A program made the translations under genes and the position numbers. Shown one piece after another: positions 40,138 through 52,600 of a stretch of 64,000 nt of DNA (within the stretch, counting starts at the first letter, position 1; the number at the start of each line of letters is the position of its first letter). The stretch spans positions 69,564,001 to 69,628,000 of the forward strand of contig OZ260664.1 of assembly GCA_965285935.1 (NCBI GenBank), given 5' to 3'. This DNA is from Ophelia neglecta (Eukaryota). The notes under the pieces are model-generated. The model ran no database searches. It was not told where the DNA came from and saw only the letters and a list, made by a program, of their open reading frames with translations.

Positions 40138-42715
40138 GAAGACTTGAGCGCCGTGTAAACACGCCTATGCGATCACATGGAGGCGCGTTTACCAATGACA
40201 CAACTTCAATGAAGACACAAACACAAAAAGTAATCCCAATTAAAACATGCCATCGAGGTTCGGACTGCTAGATTTATTTTAGAATTAACTGGATTAACAC
40301 CTTGCTGGTTGGTGAACGTACCAATATTAGTTGTCTTTTGTAAAGAAGGGATAAATATTCGCCTTCTTTAAGGGCTATACGATGCATTGAAACGCGATGA
40401 ATGGAAATAATTTGTAGGATGTCCCTAAACCTTGGTATAACCTTCCCCACTGAGGGTATGTGCAAACTTATGGCCTTGAGAAATAACTCTTGAGTCGTTG
40501 AAAATACTACACAGACTTATTAATTGCAGGTGTCCTAATTGCGCAAACAAATCATTATTGACTCGTGCACTTTGAAGCTGCGTTTTAAATAGACCTGCTG
40601 TCCTATCAGTACTTATTGGATAGAGTTAGCAAACTGTTGTGGTGAATTTAATGATAAACCGTAACACCAGCTAGTCGGGAACATTCCTCGGACACAAAGA
40701 AAGTATATCTAGGGGTTCAAAAAGATAATGTTGCCATGGTGATCTTGTGCGACGTTTTTGTTTGTTTTCAACTTGTTGTCTGTAGTCCTAGAAATCTTCT
40801 GTCACTTTTTCATGGTAATATTGTCCCTAGAAACCATGTTAATATTAGGTTTAAGTTCATTGATGCATACGTTATAATCAGTTTTGTTGAAACTCTGACT
40901 CGTAAAACACTTATTTAATATGCATAACAGTTTTAAGCATTGTCAATTTTAAGCGCTCTCTCATTAGAGTGTCGATTTATAGGCAGACGATTGTGATCTT
41001 CATGGGGTTACAAACATTCATATGAATAACCTTTTACGGGGTATTAACTCGCAGCCATTGATGTGTTAACATTAACAGAAATGACCAAGCCCAGCACACA
41101 CTTGGGAGACAGCCCTTATGGCTTCCCACCTTACCGACATGTGTCAGTGAATTATAATGTCATCTACTGTCCTTTCTAACAGGCCAAAACAAGGGCGTCA
41201 ATTGATGAACACAGAACTGTAATCCTATCCTCTGATTAAATAAGTCTACCTAATGCCCGCATTTCCACTTCAATTGAAAGTCAATTTAAATTCAGCCTTT
41301 GCTGTCTCTGCGGCATAGTCTCACATCGAAAAGTTGCCTTTTGGTGTGAGACTAACAAAGCACCGAACAAAGAGAACAACAGTTTAATGTTGGGCACAGA
41401 AAACCTGTTTAAGTTCTGATCAGCCATTTGGAAGGCCGCATTGATCGCTGACAAAAGAAGCCAATAAATGGTCAATGTTTGTTGTGTAAACTCCGATGGA
41501 GGTCTAGGGTTTCTATTAAACCCAATAAAAATCGTACTAAATATCGATCAATTTTCTACCAGATGCCCTGACAAGAAATGGCTACAATTTGCCTTTTTTT
41601 TAAATATTTGCTCATAATTCTAATTTTAGGTAACCTAAGTTGACCTAAATGTTTCCTTTTAGATTTTATCAAATATAAAACTAAGGATACTGTCCAATGT
41701 AGTTTCTACGGCGCTTTAAAAGGGGTATACGTGGGTCACTAAAATTTGGTCTATGGCTGGGGGGGGGGGGGGCAACATGTTTGAATGATGTACCCATATA
41801 GTTAAGAAAAAACAGCGTCTTGCTCAAAACTTTGATAGTGATGAATATTGTTCCTTAAGTCTATTTTGAAAAAATTATCATTTGTGTGTTGTGTAAATAT
41901 TCAAAACAACAGGCCCATAGCTGAAGCGTTAGGTTTATTATGCTAGAATTGTCTAGTATAAGTGCATCTGCCTTTGCAATGCTCCCCATTTTTGATTGAA
42001 AATTTATTTCTAATTTTTTCTCATTAAAAATAACCCAAGTCTTACAATCGCTTTTACCTTTTTTACTTATCAGAAGCTTTCATTTCTTCATTCTCAGCGC
42101 TATAATATTCCTTTTTCAGTTTCAACAATAGGTTTATAGCACCCTCTAACGTGTATGTTAACACTACTTATGGTACACTACTTATAGCTATTGGTCTGGG
42201 GCAGTAGGCTGCGAAGGAAGGGGGAGGGGGGAGGGGGGGGGGAGGTCTTTTAACTTCCATGCTTATTGACTTCACTATTAAAAGGTTTTAAGAACAATCC
42301 TTTATTAACTCTTGACTTAGTCGGTCTAAATATTGATTTTGTAATGTTTTCAAGGGACACATTTCTTTGTTCCCACAACATGCCGATTCTACGATTATCT
42401 GTGCTATGTTATACCCCAGCGTAGATTTGGTGCCCGTTTTTGAGTGTTGTTTTGCACGAGTATTTCGATATCTTATATATATGTACCTCACTTATATAAA
42501 TCTGAAAATATGTTTTTAATGGAAAACCACATTAATGCCCAAACGTTTTTCCTCGTCACCCATCCTCAAGCCGGGGCCTGTGAGCAGACTGCCGGGCCTT
42601 AGAGCCACAATTATAAGGCATAGAAATCCCTCCGTTCAAAGTCTCCAGAGTAGGAATTATTTAACTGATATCTAGTAGTGTCGTATTGTAAAATTGAAAT
42701 AGAAAATGAAGTGCG

Positions 42716-42751
42716 TGCCTGCCTGCCTGCCTGCCTGCCTGCCTGCTGCCT
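42716..42751 (+). repeat. (GCCT)n tetranucleotide microsatellite
   Basis: tgcctgcctgcctgcctgcctgcctgcctgctgcct. Confidence 0.9.
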
Positions 42752-45700
42752 ACGTGCTTGCGTGCCAACGTGCGTGGGTGTGAGTGTATAGAACCTAAGA
42801 TCTGCATGGGCACATCATGCGGGGAACACGCACATATTTCCAAATAGATATTATGGGTGGTTGAAAGCGTTGCGAGGATCAGGGTTTAAGACAAAATGGT
42901 GTGTCAGTTAATAGTATATCAGACGCCGAGTCTCAATATTATTCGTATTATAAATGTGTCGGAAGATAAGGTCTAATAATGGTGTCGCGGTCAATTTAAA
43001 ACCAAGTGTGTCGAACGTGTCGATTTTTTAATAGAATGATGGTGGCCATTCATGAATTCCCTCCCGTATTAACATTATAATGAAAAAATATAGGACAAGC
43101 AAGCTAGTTCCCTAATACCAGATTGGTAGTTTCTCAGAGCAGCAGCGCCAAATAAGGACGCATAATTACTTAATTGCTTAAAAAAGTAAGATTTAAAGAT
43201 GGAAAGGGATGGTAGCGTTTGTATACGATCATGGATCAATTAGGTTCTTAGGCTTTTTCTTGCATTTACATTTTTTGGAGTGGTTGGCCTGAAAGGATGC
43301 ATTGATTGAAGAAGACGGGAATAGCAAGTTTCTGGCCAAGTCTCGCATTTACTTGTCAGTGCATTTGACATGGTAAAGAACAATAAACGAGTAAATAATT
43401 AGCGATGTAATTGGAAGTATCCGACAGCCATGATGAATAGCCGGAGACAGAGGTACCTTGCTCCACAAAACTCATCTCCGACAATTTACTATCGCACTCT
43501 CAACCGAGCAAATCTTCTCAATCTGAGCAAGTCAGAAAATAGTTCCTTATCCTGTACAGATACCGTGTCAATCCTTACTGGGAGTCTTAACATGTCTTCA
43601 AAGACTGAACAGGATTTACTCGACCAACAAATACTTGACAATGTTTGCCATCTTGTATTTCGGGTATTTCGCGTTAAGATTTAAATAAAGTAGAGTTAAA
43701 TGGACGCTGAGATATAGGCCTACATGTAGGTCTACATTCAATGTGGGGCCAGCTAAAAAAAATCAATAGGCATGGAAGCACACTACTCAATAAACACTAA
43801 TATAATAGTCTCATAACATCATGTATCCATGGATTTATGGTAATTGGTTCAACGAGTTTAACTATACAGAGATACAATATGGCAATAGCTTCAGGTAAAG
43901 GCGTCATTATTTTAAGGATAATTCTGTTTACTCGCCACTCTGTAAGCAATCCTTATAGACGAACACGGAGAGATACAATAGACGGCATAGATGTGCAAAC
44001 AATAAATCATCGACCGAATTATGCTACAATCTACAGAGACAAACGAGATGGTAGCTTAAGAACAACATCAATAAAAGTCGCGGCCACAGGCGAAACATAA
44101 CTAACAATGATAATTGCCACTAGCCGGGCTGGCGGGTCTACTGTGTACAAATCTATAAAAAAAAAGGGGGGGGGGGGCTATCATGATGTGATGTACAGTA
44201 GATGTCCCCTTCCATAGGGAGGGCAGGTGGCTATATCCCCAGCTGTCCATCAATTTTGGAGAAAAAAATTCCCATCACAGTCTCGTAACCGTCACAGGAT
44301 AGGAGCAATGTGGGGCAGGACAGAGACCGGTGGTCAATGTCCCGCCTCTAGATACACACGTGTGCCGCCGCTTCATGTTATGTATCACGTTGAACAAAAA
44401 CATGACATGAAAACAAGCCTGAGGGATGATGAGAATGAGAAGAGGCTGGGCTTTCCCATGTGATCATCTTTATTGCAGGGGCCTTCAGGCGATATTGCGC
44501 GCAGCATTTCTTCCTCCCTTTTTGTCTGTGATTTATGTTATCACACGCATACAGGCATCGATTTTCCTGGCACAGCTCTGCTTATAAATGGAGCATTGGT
44601 TGGAACACAATTTTGCATTATCCATTCCTGGGGACTGTTTTCAAACATAATATATTAGGTCTCTTTTTGGTTTAAACAATAAGATATGACATACCGCACA
44701 TGAATTAAGGGCCCACAGGCGCTGATTCATTGCAACGTCCGTTTCTTTGCACATTTGAAGTATTGAAGCGTATCGCAAAGGTTATTATTTATGCACAAAC
44801 GTGCCAGATACTGAATGGAAACTTAATTTATGGCCCACTGCAACTGAACCCGTATCGGTAAAAAAAGCTCCCTGGCTTTGCAACATGCATACAGCGTCGG
44901 GACAGTCCATTGACGTACGGTAACAAGTAATCAGCTTAGCGACGAATTCAATGCCTGGACTTGTAAACAACTTGGAACCATTTATCAAATACTAACAAAT
45001 GAAGCAAAACAGCAAATTGTGCGATTTCTATCCGTGTGGCTCGAATCGCTTTTTTTATAACGATTCATCGGGATTTGAGTCTATTTTTGCCCCCCCCCCC
45101 CCTCCCGCCATCTCATGGGAAACAAACGCTCATTACTGTATTTATCAGAGAAACGTTTTACTGCAAATGTGACACCATTACAGCGACATTTGCTGCAATG
45201 TACTTAAGAATGAGCGCATTCGTGGATAATGCTATGCTATAAATGATATCTAATTGAATTTGTGATATCTCCGGGAAGCACATTACACTACTGAAGTCTC
45301 ACGCGATAAACACATAAAATATGATTTACTAGATTTGAGTTCACATCAATTCTTACTTGGAACTAAAAACACTTTTTTTAACAGACAACCTTACGGGAAA
45401 ATCCGTCTTCCTAATTAGTAGATGGATTCGGGCTTTTTTACTTAACCATCCATCTTCGTTTCATTTCCAGCAGACTTATGCCCTTTGTTAGTCCAACGGT
45501 AGGACTTTAAACACATTCCGAGGCAATAAAACGATGGATTTCTCAGAAAATTCTCCAAATATTTTTTTTGGTCCATGCAAAAGTGCCTACAGACGTTGAT
45601 GTAAAATGTGAAAGCAGCTGTTACAGCAATCAAATAGTATTAAAGACGAATGAAGACCAGATTAACGCAAAGCTGAAACGATGTATTCTCATATTTCATG

Positions 45701-46517
45701 TCCTCAGACAGTTTTCTTACGTTTGCTTAATCTATCTTTGTCATGTAGTTATTTTTTGATGTTGTATTAAAGCACCGGGTTTAATGTGATCTGAGACACA
45801 GTGAGAGGTCCCAGCAGGCACTGCTGTGTGGGTGGACGTCTTTCGTCGACAGATACTTATAGGGTTGTTCATTACCGCAATTGTCTACCAAAAAGAAAAG
45901 TTTATTAGACACCCAACCATTCTTGCAAGACACCTCACGAATTCATGAGACGTCTCACTCATCACATCGTGCGGAAATTAAGCTATATTATTACACCGAT
46001 GCGAATAATTTCCATATTACGAGTCAGAAAAAAATCCACAGGTACATGGCACCATAATTGGTTTGGCCCTGGCCTCAGACGGGGATTAGTTACTTAGTGA
46101 AGACAGCGATGACTCAAATCTTCGCAGAGGACACATGTATCAAGATGAATCAATTATTACATTGAAGACACCATCATGCAGCCACCCTCGGCACTCGAAA
46201 TGATCAGCTTTGATTCGAATTTCCTGATTTTTCAGACCGGATTTATCATCGTCTGCAATGAAGTAACACACAACCAGTCACTTTCCATTAATCGACTCCC
46301 AAAGTATATTTGCTTCAGTGGAGGTCCCTTGCCAGAATTAGTTCTGGTACTGAAGTTTGACCCGATTTGCTAGACGTGAACATGTTGTTCATCTGAGTGA
46401 CCGCGGGCCACAGTACATGGTTGCAGAGCAGACGAGGGTAGAGAAATTGACCAGGATGAAATTTGCTTCAAGAGGAAGTCTTGGGGGTTAAGGATGGTAT
46501 GCAAATCAGTGACTCTT

Positions 46518-46880
46518 GGGAGGGGGGGTGGGGGGTTCTTTCAAATATTCTGCATACGTGTGTGAGGCTGGCGGTTCCGAACGATACCATTGGCTAGGGT
46601 AAATAAACAGAGAAATCTGCCAAAAAAGGCAAATTTTGCAAGGGAATTCTGCACGAAAATAAAAAAGAAACAAAACTTGATTTGAAAGGTTTTAAAAAAA
46701 ATATTTTCATGACTGCCTTATCTAAAATAGAACTGTATTTAACTTTCAAAGTGACTTGTGAGAATAAACCTACCTATGTTTAGGCACATTTAGTAAATAA
46801 ACTATCCTTGGTTAGAGATATTTCCCTTAAAGAACGACTCTTCCTGGCGATACACTGATAATATGCCCCCCCCCCCCTCG
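46518..46880. mobile_element. Possible decayed MITE bounded by a G-run and a C-run
   Basis: Starts gggagggggggtggggg and ends gcccccccccccc; AT-rich core with imperfect internal repeats (ccattggctaggg / ccttggttagag). Confidence 0.3.
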
Positions 46881-48144
46881 CCCCACCCTGCCCAGGATTT
46901 CATAACAACAGAATATTATGATTATCACTAGGATTGCACGGAATGTCATATGTAATTGCATGATAGAACTTTTTTGTGGAAGTTTGTTCATAAATAGAAC
47001 AAAGACATATTAGTGTTTGTAATTGGCCTCATTTCGACAGGAAATCATATCTAAAAAATTTCCAGCACAAAAAAGGAAGGTTTGACTGCATTGCTGTTTA
47101 AAACTTATGAAGTCATCTTCTGGATAAAGAAAGGCATAAACCGATCAGAATATGAGAGAATTCATATGGCTTATCCATATTAGACTGAATAAAGGGCAGT
47201 GGCACAAAAGTGAATTGAATTTTTTTTTTCAATTGAATTCTTTCAAGACACGCTAGATATCCATCAGCAGTGACAAATCTGCTATCGGGTATTTCTTTTT
47301 CGGCGCATCCTGTAAATATTTCATTTAAAGTATGGCTGGCTCTAGAATATACCTATATAAGTGAATATATAGAAATAGAAAAAAAACGAGGCGGATGATA
47401 TTTATAGAAAAATTATATCCTTCACTAGTTTCGACATAACTAATGGTTGTATGTTATTCACCACGAAATTTATATGTTAATGCGAGCACCTGTCATAACA
47501 TGATTATATGGCTTACCATAGTTCAATTGATACAGTCTAGCGGGAATTACAGTGGCGTCCTTGATAACTGCGTTTGACCATCTGTTCATGACCTATGAAG
47601 CGATCTGAAATGCAATAAATACAAAAATTGTAAAACGGTTTGGCTCTCGAAGTTTACAATCAATATTACATAGTATAAATGGTACAATATTTGATAATCA
47701 GCTTTTGCTCTGTTTGAGGTTTTGATATGTTTTTTATTATTTAATTGCGTTTATAAAATACATGTCCTTTGCGTCCCTAAATTATATTTCCAAGCTGCAT
47801 ACATTATATATTAAAGGGGAATATCATAAATTTTATTTCTAATTGACCGGCACATGTTGCAGTACGTGCAGAGACACTCAATGTTTTATATGTCGGATCA
47901 TTAATGCTTTGTCGATGTAGTGTTAATTTTTTTCCTTAGTGAAATTTTCATTTGCCCCATGTAATATTTCTTGCAGCCTTCGCATTGCAATACATACAAT
48001 AGATTCTTGGTCGAGCTATTCATAGCTATTTTAAAACCTAAATGTTGTATTATTGATAGGGTTATAGGGGAACAAGTTGCTCTCAGTTATGTTTTCACAT
48101 CATGCGGTATGCATTGTACTTAGTTACTTTTGGGTCCATATCTA

Positions 48145-48314
48145 CAGTGAAACCTGTATACCCAAGGGCCTGGAAAATATTGGTCTGATTTTGGAGGGGG
48201 TCTGTTTAGACAGGTTCCTTTACATTAAGTGTGTCCAGTATGGCCTTCATATAAGGGGTATGAATTACCAGTTGGTCTGATTATGGAGCTGGTCTTTAAG
48301 GCAGGTTTTTACTG
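48145..48314. mobile_element. MITE (Tc1/mariner-pogo type), ~170 bp, TA target-site duplication
   Basis: TA|CAGTGAAACCTG ... CAGGTTTTTACTG|TA imperfect terminal inverted repeats; internal repeated ggtct/acaggt sub-motifs; no ORF. Confidence 0.75.
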
Positions 48315-48778
48315 TACTGTATAGGCCGGGTTCGCATTTTCTTCAAATTTAGAGGCTGCCTCTTGCTTTTGATGATTGTGATTTTTTTCAAAAAATATTT
48401 TGCATCGCAGATCCCCTTCTTGCCTTTTAATTGTTGATCTTCTAACACTGTTTTGATTATGTGTGGAGACAAATGTGATGACACCTGTGTCTAAGGATTT
48501 ACCCGTGACAGATCGGAGCTCTTCAAGACGGTTGAGTCTCAGACTTTTCGCGCCCGTTATCAATCAAAGCCGCCGGGTACTTTCTTTATCAAAGTGTAAT
48601 CTTTAATAATCTAATCTCATGTCCCTCAATTCAGGGTCAGTAACAATGGCTTTAGTCGGCGGACTAGATAATAGTGAAAATTACGTGTTTATGTCTAAGG
48701 TGGCCGCTGTCAAAATGGAGGTATTGTTTACCGTCTGTCTATTTGATGTATATGTCCGTGATTAACCTCTTAGATAGG

Positions 48779-48918
48779 NNNNNNNNNNNNNNNNNNNNNN
48801 NNNNNNNNNNNNNNNNNNNNNNNNNNNNNNNNNNNNNNNNNNNNNNNNNNNNNNNNNNNNNNNNNNNNNNNNNNNNNNNNNNNNNNNNNNNNNNNNNNNN
48901 NNNNNNNNNNNNNNNNNN
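48779..48918. other. Assembly gap (140 N)
   Basis: Run of N. Confidence 1.
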
Positions 48919-49472
48919 CTAGCGGAAATTATTACTACAAACCCTTTTTCCCAAGTTGCAGGCGGGATATGAAGTGTTACATTGTAATTATAGTTATGGA
49001 ATAAATATCTGGATTATTAATTGCATTTTAAATTTATTGAGATAATCACGCAATGAATCAAGTTGACGTGTATATCGCTGCATTAAATTTGAGTATTGAC
49101 ATTATAATAGTATGAGTAGTTTAGTGGAACTTTATCAATCTCGCATCAGAATATTTATCCCCACGAGAGGCCATACATTAACTCGATGAGGTCCTACACG
49201 CAGCACTGACCTTGGTCAAACTTTGCCTCCAGTGTCCATTAACACCCAAGAGAGAACACTGTGTAACTAAGCATGAGCAGAAATGATGAAGTGGTCGCCC
49301 AACACGCCATTTCGATGCACTTGGGCCTCCACGAGATTATAAGAGTCACGCCATATGAACTTTGCACATCTGCTGCTCTACAGACTCTGCACACCTCAGC
49401 AGCGCAAACCGAAGACTCCCATACGTACATCTACTGACAAGCTGTCAACTGGCACCATCATAATTATAAATA

Positions 49473-49650
49473 CACTAAAACCTGTCTAATCAGGTCAGTC
49501 AAGGGACTGGAAAAACTGACCACAGTATGTAGGTGACCTAAATAGGCAGGTCAGTTAACTCAGGCATAAATTGGGATCAGACTATTATGTAATGACCTTA
49601 GTGGGCAGGTGGGCTTATTACACAGGTGACCACAAACACAGGTTTCACTG
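49473..49650. mobile_element. MITE of the same family, ~178 bp, TA target-site duplication
   Basis: TA|CACTAAAACCTGTC ... CACAGGTTTCACTG|TA; internal repeated caggtgacc/caggtc motifs; shares aaggg-ctggaaaa with the 48145 copy. Confidence 0.75.
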
Positions 49651-52600
49651 TATTTACGGATGAAAAGAAGGTTAAAGGAGAATGAATATTTAGCCAAACA
49701 TCAGGGAACAGATGACATACGTTTGAGCAAAAGTACATATTCTACTTTGAAAGAATCAATTGCGTTTTCGTTAAACTTGATGTAACGTGTTTGCTCTTTG
49801 CCAGGCTTTGGTACACAAAGCATACCTACTGGCAGGTTGTTTGATATGGCTGTTAATTTTAAGCTCACATGGCTCATCGTGTTTACACTTAAATTCGCTC
49901 TGCAGAATCATTTGAACCATATACTGTAAAATAACATGCGCAGTTCCAATCTTTCAACCTCGCAAGTCAACGGGGTGTCTATCTTTAAAACATCTTTGTG
50001 ACATGCACGCAACTCTTTTGATAGGTATTGTCAAGAAAAGCATTAGCGAGTGTATCCACTTTAACTGTCTTTGGCCTTAACTCGGATGGTAAATGCAATA
50101 ATTTATCCATAAATGCAAGCATCTTTTTTACCAATGATTTGACATTAACATGCATTTGCTGAATAAAAGAATGTCACTGACTTGTAATAATATCATCACA
50201 AAACGTCCTAGCAATATTGCTCCCTGTAACAAATCCTGTGCCCCGCTAGTTTTCTGTTTACATCAGAGTAGATTAATGTGGAACAATCTTAGTTTAGTTA
50301 GTTTAACAATCTTACTTCCTTACAGTTCATAATATATCATTATGGAAAACAGCCGTATTCAGGGTCGTGATGATTCAAATTGCATTGTCGACATTTAGTA
50401 CATATAAATCTACAACACTGAAAGTGACTTCATCTTGCATGGTTTACATCTGATTCTGTACAGTGCCTTTATGCCCTGACGCCCAATATACTATTCTCAG
50501 TAGTTTGGATAATTCGCACTAAACGGTGTTAGGCGTTGAATACGGTACACATCCGGTAAACCTTGCCAATTGTAAACACTAAGATTTTAGACTGAGCTAA
50601 GAGCTAGATAATACACCTTTAAATAAGTGAGAAATGCCAAATTCACAAAGGCATTTCTTCAGCTATACTGCTTTGTCTGCCGGCTATTATTGTTTGTTTC
50701 CAGGTAACATAAACTTCAGAATCTGCACATTGTCTTCAAATGCAAGGCCTTTTATTAACATGTTCTATAACTGGTTAACATATTAATAACAATTCATTTC
50801 GCGTCGTTACACTAATGAACCATTTTGATCCTAATAATTGAGTGTCACGTCAAGCCTACCGTCGCCCAATGGATTAGTACAGTACCCCCATACATTGTAA
50901 ACTTTTTTTTATTAATCAATAGTCTGACAGAAAAGATATAAAAATATATTTTTATGAATAGTATATTTCGATTGATTATGCCGTACTTTGGCAGGCTATC
51001 AGTCTTTTCACTGTTATGGAACCCTGCATCATACCTCAGCAAATAAGTTTAAATTGAATAAGGAAATATGCTCTTTTTGTGTACCACAAAAGCTCTGCTT
51101 TAATTGAATTTGGATTTTATGATTGCATCGATGTAGGTGGCGTAATCTACGATGACAGGCAGACCACAGGGCCTTTACCGATCAGGTTTACAACATTAAA
51201 AGTACATTTGGAGATCCTCATTGCTGTGGTTTGAAGTGAATTAAGAGCTGTCTTTATGTTTGTATATAGTTACCGTAGATCTTAATCATTGCTGTTAATC
51301 AGAAATCATGTACGCGTATTGTTTAGCAAAATATTTTGTCTTTGACTTTGATAAACGAGTTTAACCATTTTTGTTACCCACAAGCGTTAATTTCACTGTC
51401 ATCAAATTTCCTTTTGTTCATTGAAGTGTGTTCTTCTTCTAGCCAGTAACTTATGTACATTCCGTCATGCACATATTATGCCGTTCGAGTGAATGCACAT
51501 GATGCAGTGGTTTTGAGGGATCTATTCCAATTATTCTAGTGTTAGCAATCATGGAAATCGGCTTCGTACTGATTAAATGCAGGTGTTCAGTCTCAATAAG
51601 GCGTGACTGGTTCACTTTACATTATATGCCATTCTTTGCCCAATTAATTTGTTGGCCCCTTAGATTTGGAGAGAGCTAGCAAATACGCTTCCGGGGCATA
51701 TTTCTTCTCTGTCCTTCGTTGACCACTGACTCGATCGCTTGCTTATATTCGCATCATGTAAAACTGTTTACTAAATGCACGCGGTATCAATTTAATGTCG
51801 GTTTTATCTTTAATTGTGAGTGTATTTACTGTTTGCGAGATGGGAAGTGCTGTTGTGGGCTGCTGCTTATTGACTTCGGGCCGATTTTAAGAAGTATTCT
51901 CATTTAGTGATGTTGCACTCCTGTGTCAATCTAAATATGCCGTCACTCTTTCATCTCGTTTTAAACAATAATGTCATAATTAACCCATTTTTACAGATCA
52001 CAACTTCTCTTCATTCAGCACTGACGCGACCACTCTGTATAGAGCTTCTTTTATTTCATCATTGTCAACAAGGTAAAAACCAAACGGCGAGAAGGCGATA
52101 TATGGAAGAGGCCTTTCTTTTTGCATCCTAAATGCAATGTAAATAAGAGTGCACTATGTGGCGCTTAACAACCTAATCTACCTTCAGGAAGTCATTGATC
52201 CCAGAAAACCATTCCTATCTATCACTCTCTCATTCTAGACCTCAGGGAACTATTCATTTACACTCGTAAAGATCGGGAAAATGAGATAAAATCCAACGAC
52301 ATGTTGAATATGGACACTGTTAAAACTAAATTTGTTGATGTTATCATAATGATTCATAGCCATGGTGGCATAAGAATCTCCTTATAGCTCTTTCATTGTG
52401 GTTCGGAGCATTTTGTCCCCAGTTTTACTGTATTCGTATGGCTTCATTTAAGATGCGAAGCACTATGGTTCCAGGGAAACCTTTGCAGGGGACGCCAGGC
52501 ACCAGCATATATGGCTGCAGCATGTACACTTAGATTGTATTATCACTCCCAGAAACCGAAAGAAAACCTTGGTTTTGTTTGCACATAAATGATTAAGTAC

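Noticed and set aside
47140-47314. Possible Tc1/mariner-like end (...cggcgcatcctg|TA)
   Set aside because: Matching left TIR not found
48674-48922. ORF running into X residues
   Set aside because: Artefact of the N gap
49190-49465. Possible 3' fragment of a CR1/L2-type LINE
   Set aside because: Only a vague resemblance (YE..L.TL); no diagnostic motif
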